Source: Okamejei kenojei (taxonomy: Eukaryota). Taken from it: a stretch of 64,000 bases of DNA. Made by a program: the position numbers and the translations under genes. The DNA lies in assembly GCA_035221665.1 (NCBI GenBank), contig CM069135.1, forward strand, positions 113,212,001 to 113,276,000, read 5' to 3'. Position 1 is the stretch's first letter; each line of letters starts with the position of its first letter. This document shows positions 37,575 to 50,300 of this stretch, one piece after another. Under the pieces are notes generated by a model that had not been told where the DNA came from, ran no database searches, and saw only the letters and a program-made list of their open reading frames with translations.

Positions 37575-38610
37575 CTCATCACTTCCAGGCCCACCTGTCC
37601 ATCATAGATGAGGCCCTCACTCGTGTCTCCTCGGTACCCCGCAGCTCCGCCCTTGCTCCCCCTCCCTCTAGCCACAACAGTCTTCCTAGTCCTTACCTTC
37701 CACCCCATCAGCCGTCTCATACAACACATAATCCTCTGAAATTTCCACCACCTCCAACGGGATCCCACTTGCTCCATTTTCCCATCTCCACCCCTTTCAG
37801 CCTTTCGCAGAGACCGTTCCCTCCACAACTCCCAGGTTAACTTATCCCTTCCCACCCAAACCACCACTTCCCCAGGTACCTTCTCCTGCAACCATAGAAG
37901 AAGCAACACCTGTCGCTATACCTCCTCCCTCGACTCTGTGCAGGGACCCTGACAGTCCTTTCAGGTTAGGCAGAGGTTCACTTTCACCTCCGCCAACCTC
38001 ATCTACTGTATCCGTTGTTCAAGATGTGGACTCTTATACATCGGCTAGACCAAACGCAGACTGGATGGTTTCGCGGAACACCTTTGCTCAGCCCACGTAA
38101 ACCAACATGATCTCCCGGTCGCTGGACACTTTAATTCTCCTTCCCATTCCTACACAGACCTTTCTGCCCTCGTTCTCCTCCATTGTCAGAGTGAGACTAA
38201 ACGCAAATTGGAGGAACAGCATCTCATATTTCGCTTGGGCAGCTTGCAGCCCAGTGGTATGAATATGGATTCCTCTCACTTCAGGTAGCCCCGGCATTCC
38301 CTCTCTCTCTATCTCTCCCCCACCCAAGTTGCACTAGCTTCTCATTTTCGCCCTACAACCAGCTTACAATGGCCTGTTTCCTTTATCTTTGTTCCTTTTT
38401 TACATATCTTTCATTCATTGTTCTTTATCTCTCCACATCACTGTCTATATCTCTCGTTTCCCTTATCCCTAATCAGTCTGAAGAAGGGTCTCAACCCAAA
38501 ACGTCACCCATTCCTTCTCTCCAGAGATGCTGCCTGTCCCGCTGAGTTACTCCAGCTTTTTGAGTCTATCTTCGGTTTAAACCAGCATCTGCAGTTCCTT
38601 CTTACACACT
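37575..38610 (+). mobile_element. Penelope-like element 3' half (linker plus GIY-YIG) with its terminal repeat
   Basis: Reverse-complement match to 1445-2000; ends cagtctgaagaagggtctcaacccaaaacgtc...ccagcatctgcagttcct, linking the short repeat to Penelope. Confidence 0.85.
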
Positions 38611-39116
38611 TCCGGGCCCACAACTGTTATAGGAAAGGAAGAAGAGTTCCAACCTTATGTTGGGTCATCTGGATCTGGATAGCAACTCCCTCCTGCAATC
38701 TTGGTTCCATATCCTTTATACGACTGACCAAACAGATGTTCAGATGTTACATCTGAGCAGACTCTCCTTTTGTGTGAAGGGAAACATTTTGAGGTTACCT
38801 CGTGTTTCCTAGCCCTGGACAGCTCCACCAAAGGGAATAGTTTCAATGTACATCATAATTCCACTTAATGATAATTAATGCATCATCCCTTCTTTAAATC
38901 ACTGCGGTATTCTATGCTCAAGGAAATTAAAGTCTTTGGTAATTTTACCTCATGATCTAGTCCACTCAAGCCAGATAGCAGACTGATGAGTCTGCACTCC
39001 CTCTTTCCAACTTCATATCACCTGTGCTGGCCAGTATCCAACACAGGCAAGTGCAACGCATTTTCGTATGGTAGTAAAAATTAGGAAATGCAAACAATTT
39101 CTACTGCTGCAAATAC

Positions 39117-39401
39117 CTTGCGTCTTTGCCTCGTGTGTGTGTCGATTCGCAAACATGTTGTTTTCTGTTATTTCATAGTATCCATTGTTGTCAGGTAAAG
39201 CCTCGATAGCCACGTGATCCGATGTGAAGTCCAGGGAAGGTCCCTGTTCCTGTGCACGTATGAACACAGGTCCATGTTCAGAGGTGGGCTCCTGATCTGC
39301 CTCCGGTACTTCATCGCTGTCAAAATCAAACGTTTTTCCTTCTTCCTGGTCATCATCATCACCATCATCATCTTCAGTGTATGGAAGTTCATTTTCCAAA
39401 A
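39117..39401 (-). CDS. ARHGEF10: ARHGEF10 coding exon (285 nt): LENELPYTEDDDGDDDDQEEGKTFDFDSDEVPEADQE...EAKTQ
   Basis: Acceptor ttatttttag|TT, donor CAAG|gtattt; phase 1/1; matches the recalled ENEMKY...EEGEQFDFDSGDEIPEAD. Confidence 0.85.
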
Positions 39402-40100
39402 CTAAAAATAAGTGCAAATAATGCATTAGGATAAAGGCTCAACTATTAGGATATCAAACTTCGATAGAGTTGCTGCCTTACAGCGCCAGACAGCCAGGTT
39501 CGATTATGACTAAGGGTGCTGTCTGTATGGAGTATCTGTATTCTTCCCGTGACAGCGTGGGCTTTCTACGGGTGCTCCGGTTTCCTCCTCCACTCCAATG
39601 ATGTACAGTTTGGAGACAAAGTGCCTGTTTCCAAGCTGCATCTCTAAAGTCTAGAGAATATTATGGATTGGATTAGCTGCATTCACTTGCCTTGACATTT
39701 CCCCAAATATATGACCCCATCAAAGTTTAACTCTGGGCAGGAAAAATAGATGTGGAGGTAATATCTGAGAATATTTAATCAATTTACCCCACCCCTCAGA
39801 ATCATTCAAAGACAGCAGTGTACTATGGTAGATCACTATTTCCCAGGATGGAAATATCAAATAGAGAGAGTAGCTTTAAGGCAGATAAGGGTTGGTCTTG
39901 GAATCATGTTTGGCACAGATAATGTGGTCCAAAGGATCGGTTCCTGTTTTGTATTGTTTTATGTTCTATGTTCTCTCTCACAGGCATGTTGGTTATGATC
40001 CCGTACATGATTTAGAAATATAAAGCCATATTTTTAATCATTGAACAATAACAAGTCAAGAACAGTTATGTTGCCTCAGAAATGTACAAAATCGTGTGAG

Positions 40101-40984
40101 CAGACCTCCCAACATTTGATTGTCAAAATTCATAATATTTCCCCTCAAAATTCATATTTTTAAATGAAAATTCATAATATGTCACGGCGCCCTATTCGGG
40201 GTCCCATGTCACAAATTCTAAATTGTGAAGAAGTATTTTAAATGCCAAAATGTGAAAAAGGTACATGTATGCTGAAACATTTATAATTCTTTGTTAAACT
40301 TTGATAAACTTGGCACTAGACTCACCTTCATTTCTCTCACTTGGGGTTGTTGCCGGCGGCTATGCGCCTGCGCACTGGTGCAGATCAGCGGCTGCCGGCG
40401 GGCGGGTGCGGCACATGCGCACTTGGCCAGGTTGCCGGCGGGTCTGCGCCTGCGCACTGGGTGGGGGTGGGGGGGAGGCCCGGTGATGGGGCTGCCGCGA
40501 GCGGCCGGCTGGCGGCAAGAAAGTGCCGCTGATCGCGCGGGCCGGCGCCGCCCGGGCTTGGGCCGGGCGTGGCGTGGCTCGAAATGGCGCCAGGCCCGGC
40601 AACCCTCCCCCACTGCGCACGCGCGGCCACTGGGGCCCGGCAACCCTCCTCCACTGCGCACGCGCGTCCACTGGGGCCCGGCAACCCTCCCCCACTGCGC
40701 ACGCGCGTCCACTGGGGCCCGGCAACCCTCCCCCACTGCGCACGCGCGTCCACTGGGGCCCGGCAACCCTCACCCACTGCGCACGCGCGGCCACTTCCCC
40801 CACTGCGCACGCGCGGCCACTAGGGCCCGGCAAAGTGCCGCTGATCAAACCGGGGACACATGGCGCCGGCGTTCACCACGGGAGGAAGAATTTAGCGGGA
40901 TAATTAGGGTACAAATCGGGATGGCGGGAAGGGAACCTAAAAAGCGGGAATATCCCGCCAAAAGCGGGATAGTTGGGAGGTCTG
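40101..40984. mobile_element. Non-autonomous TIR transposon (884 bp), 13-bp TIR, 6-bp TSD, hAT-like
   Basis: CAGACCTCCCAAC (40101-40113) / GTTGGGAGGTCTG (40972-40984); TGTGAG on both sides; subterminal GCGGGA repeats. Confidence 0.85.
40592..40832. repeat. 41-bp CpG-rich minisatellite, about 5-6 units
   Basis: Unit ggcccggcaaccctcccccactgcgcacgcgcgtccactgg. Confidence 0.9.
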
Positions 40985-42267
40985 TGTGAGGAATAGATCG
41001 GGGAGAAGCACAAAGTCCCGTGCCCAGAGTAGGTGAATTGACAACCAGAGGACATCGGCTAAGGTAAGATTTAATAGGAATCTGAGGGGTTACTTTGTCA
41101 CACAAAGGATGATGGGTGCATGGAACGAGCTGCTGGAGGAGGTCGTTGAGGCAGGTACTATTAAAATGTTTAAGAAACATTTAGACAGGTCCATGGACGT
41201 GTTTAGGGGGATATGGGCAAAATGTGGGACTAGTGCAGAAGGGGCATGTTGGTCGGTGTGGGCAAGTTGGACCGAATGGCCTGTTTACCTGCTGCAAGAC
41301 TAACTAACACAAGCAATGTAATTCAGATTTTTTATAATTTCATTGTTTTCAAATGCAGTATCAGGAGACAGAAGACATCAAATACATGCACCTGCACTAT
41401 ACAATCCATCCATCTTAAAATGATAGCTGTAATTGAATTCAAATAATACCATAACATGCATTTGCAGTTAAGGCAAGGAACATACATCAAGAGCAGGAAT
41501 AAAGCGATAAATGCTGGAACAAAACTGGCAATTGTCCAATTCAAAACATTCATTCCTGGATCGAAGTGTCTTTTTGAGAAGCAGTTATGAAAGGTCACAA
41601 TCACTAAATATGTTGCTCTTAACATAAATTGGCTGCTCAATGTGGTTTCTCCCATTTGTTGTCCCTCGGGCATGCTTTAACCATCTTTGGCCACAGCACT
41701 TTGATTTTACTGGTGTTATCAATTGATTTTATGCTCCCAGATGAATCCTTTAAAATGCTGATTTCTTTAAGTGGATTTTAATGCTCGCATCTTAGCTTTC
41801 TAACCAACAATGTTTTTAGAATATCACTATCTTAATTTATTTTTATTTACAAGCTTTGAACTGAGCCAGCACTGCAGAGAGGAATCTCACTGACTTACTT
41901 CGAAGTATTGTCACTGGTCTACTCTCAATTTCTTACCAATGCTCTTAGGTTCCAATAAAGACCTTTATTCTTAACCAGTAGATTTTTTTGAGACGGTACC
42001 TCTAAAAAGTTGAAATTAGATTATTTAAATTAGGTTTTATATGTTTTAGTTATTAGTTTATTAAATGAATTGATCACTGGTGGGTACAGACTCGGTGCGC
42101 CAAAGGGCCGGTTTCCTCACTGTATCTCTAAAGTCTAAAGGAGGGTATATTCATGGAAAAAAATTGATGATAAATGTAGCTTAATTATGAATTGATATTT
42201 GCACCAGCTGCTCTTCACTAAACTACCTAACTAGAAGAGTTACAGTTAATTACAGTTAATAAATTTG

Positions 42268-43117
42268 ATGCCGGTATTGTTTTTAATCCCGGAAGTGTCC
42301 GCGCTGGCTGGCAGCTGCGGCTCACCTGTAGTCCCTGTTTTTTTCTTTTTTTGTTGTCTTCTAGTGTTTTTTTTAGTAGAACTTTGTTTTATTAGGTTGT
42401 GTATGTGGGGTGGGGGGGGGGGGGGGGGGGGGGTGGAAGAAACAGAGTTTTAGTCTCTCCCTTCGGGGGGATACGTGTCCCCCGTCACCATCTGTGCTGA
42501 GGCCTAATGGCGGAGCTGTGGCGGCGGCCTGGTTTGGAGCTGCGGTGCTCCAGCGGCGGCGGTGGCCCAGCTTAGATCTGCGGTGCTCCAGTGGCGGTGG
42601 CGGTCCGGCTTAGAGCTGCGGTTCTCCAGCGGCGGCGGCGGTCCGGCTTAGAGCTGCGGGGCTCCAGCGGCGGCGGCCTGGCTTAGAGCTGCGGTGCTCC
42701 AGCGGCAGCCCAGCTTAGAGCTGCGGTGCTCCAGTGGCGGTGGCGGCTGGCTTAGAGCTGCAGCGCTCCAGCGGCGGCGGCCTAGCTTAGAGATGTGGTG
42801 CTCCAGCGGCGGCAGCGGTCCGGCTTAGAGCTGCGGCGCTCCAGCGGCGGCGGCCTGGCTTAGAGCTGCGGTGCTCCAGCGGCGTCGGAGGCCTGGATCA
42901 CCTCAACACAGAGGGAGAACTAGGAGGGATGAAGACAATGACTTAAGACTTTTGCCTTCCACCACAGTGAGGATGTGCCTGGTGAACTCATTGTCGTGGA
43001 TGTTGGATATGTGTTAATTGTGTGTTTTGGTTTTTTATATGTTATGACTGTATGGTGACAATTTCGTTCAGACCGAAAGGTCTGAATGACAATAAAGGAA
43101 TCTAATCTAATCTAATC
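42268..43117 (+). mobile_element. GC-rich non-autonomous retroposon (conserved-hairpin family) with internal minisatellite
   Basis: GC head, T-rich block, G-run, hairpin ccttccaccacagtgag...ctcattgtcgtggatg, 3' stem-loop ttcagacc-gaaa-ggtctgaa, gacaataaa plus (AATCT)n. Confidence 0.6.
42518..42890. repeat. 27-33-bp minisatellite, about 11 units
   Basis: Unit ggcttagagctgcggtgctccagc(ggc)n. Confidence 0.9.
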
Positions 43118-43889
43118 CATTTGCAAAAGAGGCCTTGGAACTGATAACTTGCTTTAGAGAAGGTCAAATGAATACGAGGTATGGAGTTGCCATGTTCCAT
43201 AACCTATTGCCTCCCATTCCTTCCTTTAACAGCAGCTTCAGTCTGCCCGAGAGGAATGTTGATGAGGTGTAGCGAACAAACTCCGGAACGCCAGTCTGAC
43301 CACACACCGAACAAAGCCAAATTGAGGAATAAAAGGCCTTTGAAAGGATTGTACACTTCACTTTCCTGAAGGAAGTATTCAGCCCAGAAGGATAAAATGA
43401 TGAGCGACTATTTTGGCTTTTCATAATAAAATTATTTTGGTTGTGCAAGTTTTAAGAAAAATGGTTACAGTCAGACACATGCAAACAAGCCACAACATGC
43501 CTTGCAAGTAGTCAGCAGTTACATTATATGGCAATATGAACTTGTATCACAAATGAAAGGTGGCATTATCCACATTTTGGTTTTAAATTGTGTAAATTTC
43601 AACGTTCCACCAATTGGATCTAATTGCATCAAGAGCCCTTCAAAAGGGGTGGTGGCAGGTACTCATCACCCCTGGAAGGACCTGGAACATCACCCATTCC
43701 TTTTTTCCAGATATGCTGCCTGACCCACTGAATTACACCAGCATTTTGCGTCTTTGCAATTATTCTTACCTTCAGACATCATATATACATCTGATCATTT
43801 TACTGATAACATATCCAGGTCAGAATGGAACAATTGCATTCCAGGCTCCAGAATGCCACCATAATAAACCGTCCCCTGGTTTCAGTTAA

Positions 43890-44283
43890 GATGTTTAATA
43901 CTGCATACTGTCAGGATGCATCACAGCTTAGTTTGGGAAATGATCTGCCTAAGATTGCAAGAATTTGCAGAGAGTTGTGGATGTAGCCCAGTCTATCACA
44001 CAGACCAGATTCACCACCATCGACTCTATCTACATTTCATATTGTCTCAGGAAAGCAACCAATGTAATTAAAGACCTTTCCCACTCTGGTCATTTCCTCT
44101 TCTCCCCACTACTGCGAGGCAGGAGATCTAGAAGCTTGAAAGCACGCTCCACCAGACTCAGGAACAGCTTCTTCCCCTCAGCTATCAGGCTTCGGAAATG
44201 TCTTTCCATAAACTCGAGCACAGTCCTGTACTTGTCTTTGCACTGTATCTCTGTACATGTGACAATAATAAACCTAATTAAAT
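43890..44283 (+). mobile_element. Rex1/Babar LINE 3' fragment
   Basis: LQRVVDVAQSIT...TRLRNSFFPSAIRL; tail catgtgacaataataaacc. Confidence 0.8.
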
Positions 44284-45659
44284 CCTGAAGCGTCTAACCA
44301 TGAAACAAGGATTCAAAACTTACGCAAAAAAAGGTCACTTGGCGCATCTGTTGAAAATTTTTTCTTGTTTTAATTAGGCTCTCAGCCAATTTACTTTACA
44401 AAGAAGAGGTACTTAGCAAGATGATTCAAGTAATGAAGAAAAAATGAATGGTTTGCCAAAAAATACAACACGTGGGTATCATAAATTGTATACTTGCGTT
44501 GTACTTGACAGTTTTTCCTTGAAACAAGTGGAAACGCTGACAATAGATACTGAAATAAACATGACTTCCTGGCATTTATTGTTCTTACATTTGGTTTCCC
44601 AGCCAAGAAAATTCTAATGGTACAAGTATTTTATGCAATAGTATCCAATGAATATTACATCTTCACAATTTGTTTATCTGTATAATATATTATTTGTGTA
44701 GAAATTATCTTGTCAAATACTAAAATAGAAACTGTAAGTGAAATACAAAACGATAACTAAGGTGACAGGAGAAAATGTAAAAGGAACCTGAAGGAAAAGG
44801 GCAACTTTTTCCACTCAAAGGGTGGCGGGTATATGGAATAACTTGCCAAAGGAGGTAGTTGAGGGAGGTACTATAATAACTTTTAAAAATCACTTGAACA
44901 GGTAAATAGAGAGGAAAGGTTTAGAGGGACATGGTGCAAACGCGGGCAAATGGGACTAGCTTAGATGGGGCATCTTGATCGGCATAGACAAGTTTGGCCG
45001 AAGGGCCTATTTGCATGCTATATGACTCTGCCATTCACCAACAACCACACTACCTGATACTGGAGAGGCAGTGTCAACAGTTACAAGTAGATGTTCAACA
45101 GAGCGCCATTGGAAATGTCCACCTTTTTGATGACATAAACAATCCCATCATTGTGGCTCAGCTGGTAGTGCTGCCACCTCAGAGCCTCAGAGACCCAGGT
45201 TCGTTCTTGACCTTCTGAGTCTGCAAGCTCTCCCTGTAACAGCATGGTTTTTGTTCGGGTGCTCCTGATTCCTCCCACGTTATATGTACTTGTAGATTAC
45301 TTGGCCAATGTAAACTAGCTTTGTGAAGAAGGATGGCTAAAGGATCAAAGGGGAGTTGGTAGGCCTGCGATAGAATACCTGTAAGGGTACGAGGAAATAA
45401 GACGAGGGGAATGGGCTGATACATTGCTCTCCTGGAAGTTCCCACGGACCTGTTGGACCGAGTGGCTTCCTTCTGTGTAAGTTAGTTCAGGATCAATGTA
45501 TATTGTAATCATTGAAATTGCTTACAAGGGTCTAAAATCTGGGATGGCTGTAGAAATATGGTCTGCTCCAGACAACTTTCACTGCTCAGATATAATTAAA
45601 TGGAGAACCCACATCTACAAAACAGAAACTGTTCTCAAGACCTCTTAGAAACTGACAGC

Positions 45660-45992
45660 ACGGTGCAGCATGGACTTGCAGCGGTTTCCTCCCACACTCC
45701 AAAAACGTACAGGTTTGTACGTTAGGGGGTACACAAAAGGCTGGAGAAACTCAGTGGGTGCAGCAGATGCTAGATGCTGCTGCACCCACTGAGTTTCTCC
45801 AGCCTTTTGTGTACCCCCGATTCTCCAGCATCTGCAGTTCCTTCTTTAACAGGTTTGTAAGTTAATTGGCTTGGTATAAATGTAAACATTCTCACTAGTG
45901 TAAGAAAGTGATAATGTGCAGGGATTGCTGGTCAACGCGGACCCGGTGGGCTGAAGGACCTGTATCCATACAGTATCTCTAAACTAAACTAA
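45660..45992 (+). mobile_element. V-SINE interrupted by a 124-bp fold-back Penelope-derived insertion (45725-45848)
   Basis: SINE V-domain and tail flank a perfect 42-bp hairpin; 16-bp TSD. Confidence 0.8.
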
Positions 45993-46028
45993 GAGATGTT
46001 GAACACATCTCCAAGGGTTTTATATTCT

Positions 46029-47310
46029 ACTAGACCAAATGGGCCCATTGGGTCCTGTCCCCTCAACGGCGGTAGCGGGGGGAGGGGGCGACCTATGGCG
46101 TCTCACACACACACTAACCAACCCCTCACACACACATACTAACCACCTCCCCACACACAAACACTAACCACCCCCATTGATATTATATGAATATTATTCA
46201 TTCCTTTTACCCCATCCCCTGCCCTATCCACTCACGTATAGCACCCAACGCACAGGCGCGGCTAGATAGGGAGGGGGTGGAGAGGGAGGGACACAGAGGC
46301 ACAGAGAGGGACACAGGCACAGGGAGGGACACAGAGAAGGACACAGAAGCATAGAGAGGAGCACAAAGAGAGGCACAAAGAGGGACACAGAGGCACAGAG
46401 AGGGACACAGGGAGGGACACAGGGAGGGACACAGAGTGGGACACAGGGAGGGACACAGAGGCACAGAGAGAGACATAGAGGCAAAGAAAGGGACACAGAG
46501 GCACAGAGAGGGACACAGAGACACAGAGAGGGAGGGGGTAGGGGGCAGAGAGGGAGCGGGGGGGGTAAGAGTTTGAGGGGTGGGCGGGGGCTCGTCGTCA
46601 CAGGGGAGGGCTGGTTCCCAACGCAATAATCCCTCTCTACCGGCCACAAAATGCACCCATCCCCTACCCGTTGCCCCCACGGGAGGCAGAGAGGGAGCGT
46701 GAGGGGGGCAGAGAGGGAGGGGGGTAGAGTTTGAGGGGGGGGGGGCATCGTCAGAAGGGAGGGCAGGCTCCTGAACGTCGATCCCGGCTCCAGGCTGCAG
46801 GCTCCGCTCTATGATCTTTGGCAGGCAGGACCCTGAGTGGTCGGGGGTGGGGTGGGGGGGGTGGGGGACGGACCCGACAGCTCTAATGCATGGCCCGACT
46901 TGCTCGTTCTTCACTCGCAGCAGTCTTCAGCGATGATCTTCGGTGTTCAGTCGACGGGGCAACTTTTGAACAATGGGGGGAGGAGGGAGGGGTGGGAGGT
47001 GACGTCAGTCGCAGCACTAGCGGATGGCACGGCAGGCAGGCAGATCTATTGTCACGTCATCAGAGAAAAAAACTGTCATTTTGATTTCAAATTTTGATCG
47101 GATTTGTGAAGATTTTTATTAATAACTCAAGAAATAAAGCACGACATTTTCAGGTAAGCCAATTTTGGACTCCAGGGGGTAAATTGCTGCCGGAATATGT
47201 AAAAATGTTCCCGTTAGCGTATCGTTTCTTCGAGTAGATGTGATCAAACACAAACAAATAAATATACACACACACATCCACATCCAAGATCAGAGTTTTA
47301 TAGTTATAAT
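46029..47310 (+). mobile_element. Non-coding element with Helentron/HINE-like architecture
   Basis: Starts ACTAGACC plus a short palindrome, has an internal GGGACACAGA-type minisatellite (46280-46530), and a CA-rich stretch with TTTATAGTTATA at the far end; no TIR, TSD or tail seen. Confidence 0.45.
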
Positions 47311-50300
47311 AAGGATGTGGAATGTCGACCAGTACAGCACACGTGTGTGGGAAAGAACTGCAGATGCTGGTTTACACCGAAGATTAACACAAAATGCTGG
47401 AGTAACTCAGACTAAGAAGGGTCTCAACTCGAAAAGTCAACCATTCCTTCCATCCAAAGATGTTGTCTGTTCCGCTGAGTTAGTACAGCACGGGTGCAGG
47501 CCCTGCAATCTGCAATATCTGTGCCAAACATGATACTAAAATAAACAGTATAAAATGAAGCTCAGGAGGACTCGAGAGCCTGAGCTATAGGAAGAGGTTG
47601 AGCCGGCTATGACTCTATTCCTTGGTGTACAAAATCTTGAGAGGAATAGATTGGGTAGACTCACATTGGTTTAAGGTGAGGGGGGAAAGATTTAATAGGA
47701 ATCTGAGAGGTAGCTTTTTCACACAAAGGGTGGTGGGTGTAAGCAACGAGCTGCTAGAGGAGGTTTAGTTTAGTTTAGTTTAGATATACAGCGTGAAAAC
47801 AGGCCCTTAGGCCCACCGAGTCCATGCTGCCAGCGATCTCTGCACATTTACACTATCCATCACACACTAGGGACAATTTATATTTACATCAAGCCAATTA
47901 ACCTACAAACCTGTAGGTCTTTGGAGTGTAAGAGGATTTCGGAGTAAACCCGGTTGAGGCAAGTATTATCGCAACGTTTAAGAAACATTTGGACAGGAAC
48001 GTGGATAGGGCAGGTTTAGAGGGATATGGGCCAAACGCATCATGAGGCACAGTCTCACTCACTGCTGCTGGGATTAAAAAGCCACAGATCTTTAGTCCGC
48101 TCATTTGAAGCAGCCAAATTATTCTACAATCAAAATGAGAATGAACAACGTCAGAAAGTACCAAAAGCCTGAAAAATAGCTCATGTTCTCATTGCAGCTA
48201 TTGGGAGATGATGCCAAGATCATCTGCCATCTGAGATGCGAAACCATTGTCTCTAGGACATTACAAGAAGCAAACCATCAGCAGCTTAAAAGAGCATATG
48301 ATGTCTCTATCTATTTATAAAAGCAGGTTACACCCAATTAAACAACAAGCTCTCCCTACATTGAACAAAACTGGAGGATGTTAGGTGTTTACTGTCTTTC
48401 TTTGTAGTGCTAGAGGGAAACTTGAACTGGGAGCTGGTTTCAGGATGATTGACTTCAGGGCGAGTCCTGGATGGTATCAATTCCTGTGTACTTGTGCAAG
48501 ACATGTAGCAAGAGGCAACACGGTAAGGTAGAGCTGCTGCCTCATAGCTCCAGAAACCCAAATCCGATCCTGATCTCGTGTGCTGCTTGTGTGGAGTAGG
48601 TACGTCCTCCTGTGACTGAATGTGTTGGTACGTTAACTGGTCACTGTAAACTGCCCCCATTGTGTAGATGAGAGGTAGAATCAGGAGTCAAAAAGTTAGA
48701 AGAATTACTTTAATTCCAAATTATTAAACTTAATAATCTTTCTGTTGAAATTAGTGGGAGAGTGGGTTAACATTGTAAAATGACATTAATTCAATGGACT
48801 GAATCACCTCCTTCTATGGTGCTAATGAAAAGTGGCTTCAGACCATTCCAAACAACTTGTTTTGGGGGGTGGGGTGAGCGTAGAGTGACTGTCTCACTGT
48901 TGTGGTTTGAGGGAGGGAATGCAGGGGAGGGAGGGGGAATTGGCTGGGAGTAATGCCAGCTCGGGTTTGCATCTGGGACTCAGTGGATTGTACTCAACAT
49001 CCTGACAGAATCTTATACCCCATTGTCCCCTGATACAATAGCTCCAGAAAAGCCACTCTCCACTAGGATAAGCAGTAGCCTTGAAATAAAAGTCTGTTTA
49101 ATGTGGCGGAGGTCCACATTCCTAGTTGTTAGAAATGGTTGATTATAAAATAGGTTATTCAGGTAAAGAAATGTTGACCAGCAGTAGTCAATTAATAAAA
49201 TTTGTCCTTTCGGACAGAAAGTATTGATTGCAGCTGTCTTAAGCAAATAAAGTTAGACTTAGAGAGAAAAATCATCATGCTGGAGTAACTCAGCAGGGCA
49301 AGCAGCATCTCTGGAGAACATGGATAGGCGATGTTTCGGGTCATGACCTTTCTTCAGACTGTTTGCAGTACCTGACCCACTCAATTTGGCCCTATCCCCC
49401 AAACTCTATCTCCGCTACATTGACAGCTGCATCAGGGCTACCTCCTGCACCCATGCAGAACTCATGAACTTAATTACCTTCGCCAAAACAAAGCATTCTG
49501 AAGAAGGGTTCCAAACCAAAATGTCACCTATTCCTTTTCTCCAGAGATGCTTCCTGACCCGCTGAGTTACACCAGCATTTTGTGTCTATCTTCGATGTAA
49601 ACCAGCAACTGCGGTTCCTTCCTACACAGACATCTGCAGCTGCAGTCCAGACTGACGTGGGAGCCAGGAAACTGACAGTGACCACGAACATGACCTCTGC
49701 AGCAGTCCAAGCAGGTGTCAGCAGGTTCATCCGGTTCCCAGAGCTCTTAAACGTCAGTGGAAATAGGCCTAACGTGTAGGCATTGCTGCTCAAAGTTCTT
49801 CAGCCACGTGCAGGATTCCTGTCAACTCAGGGTGGAAAAATCTTAGGTGACAATCACGATTGCATCTTCTTCTCAAGGTCCTGAAGTTCTCTCACACAGG
49901 TGTGGTCCGTCTCCATTAAATACCCATCTTCAGTAGAATTGCTGCACGTCAAGCTCGTTTCCAATGGTGGAGCACTGAAAAATTGGCATCTTTCTTGCAT
50001 AAGCTCCATTTCTGTTCATTCCTCTTCATAATGTAGCAATTCCTTTCACAATGAAACAACAAATGCTTGTGGGGAAAGGTAGCGAGAAAAAAGAATGAAA
50101 TGGAATGGTCTTCGCAAAGAATTCAGACAGGTTTGGTGCTGAGGAATGCCAAGTTTCAGTCAGTTATCATCAGGCAATAGAACTCTCTGTAATTTAATCT
50201 GCAAAGATTTTTCCCAAAATGGTGGATGCCATCCAATGGAACATTTTATACTTGAACAATAAATATTTTTTCAGTTATTTTGTCTGCTTACATATTTTTG

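Noticed and set aside
40281-40989. Long overlapping ORFs (up to 232 aa) on both strands
   Set aside because: By-product of a GC-rich 41-bp minisatellite inside a TIR element; repetitive peptides with no recognisable domain
41899-42002. Minus-strand AG...GTAAGT-bounded segment as a possible exon
   Set aside because: Stops in all three frames; could only be UTR and has no further support
40592-42890. Regular repeats at 40592-40832 and 42518-42890 as possible CRISPR-like arrays
   Set aside because: No unique spacers, no cas genes and a eukaryotic context; they are tandem minisatellites
49856-50010. Short minus-strand ORF MELMQERCQFFSAPPLETS... as the ARHGEF10 first exon
   Set aside because: No phase-1 donor found and no recognisable similarity
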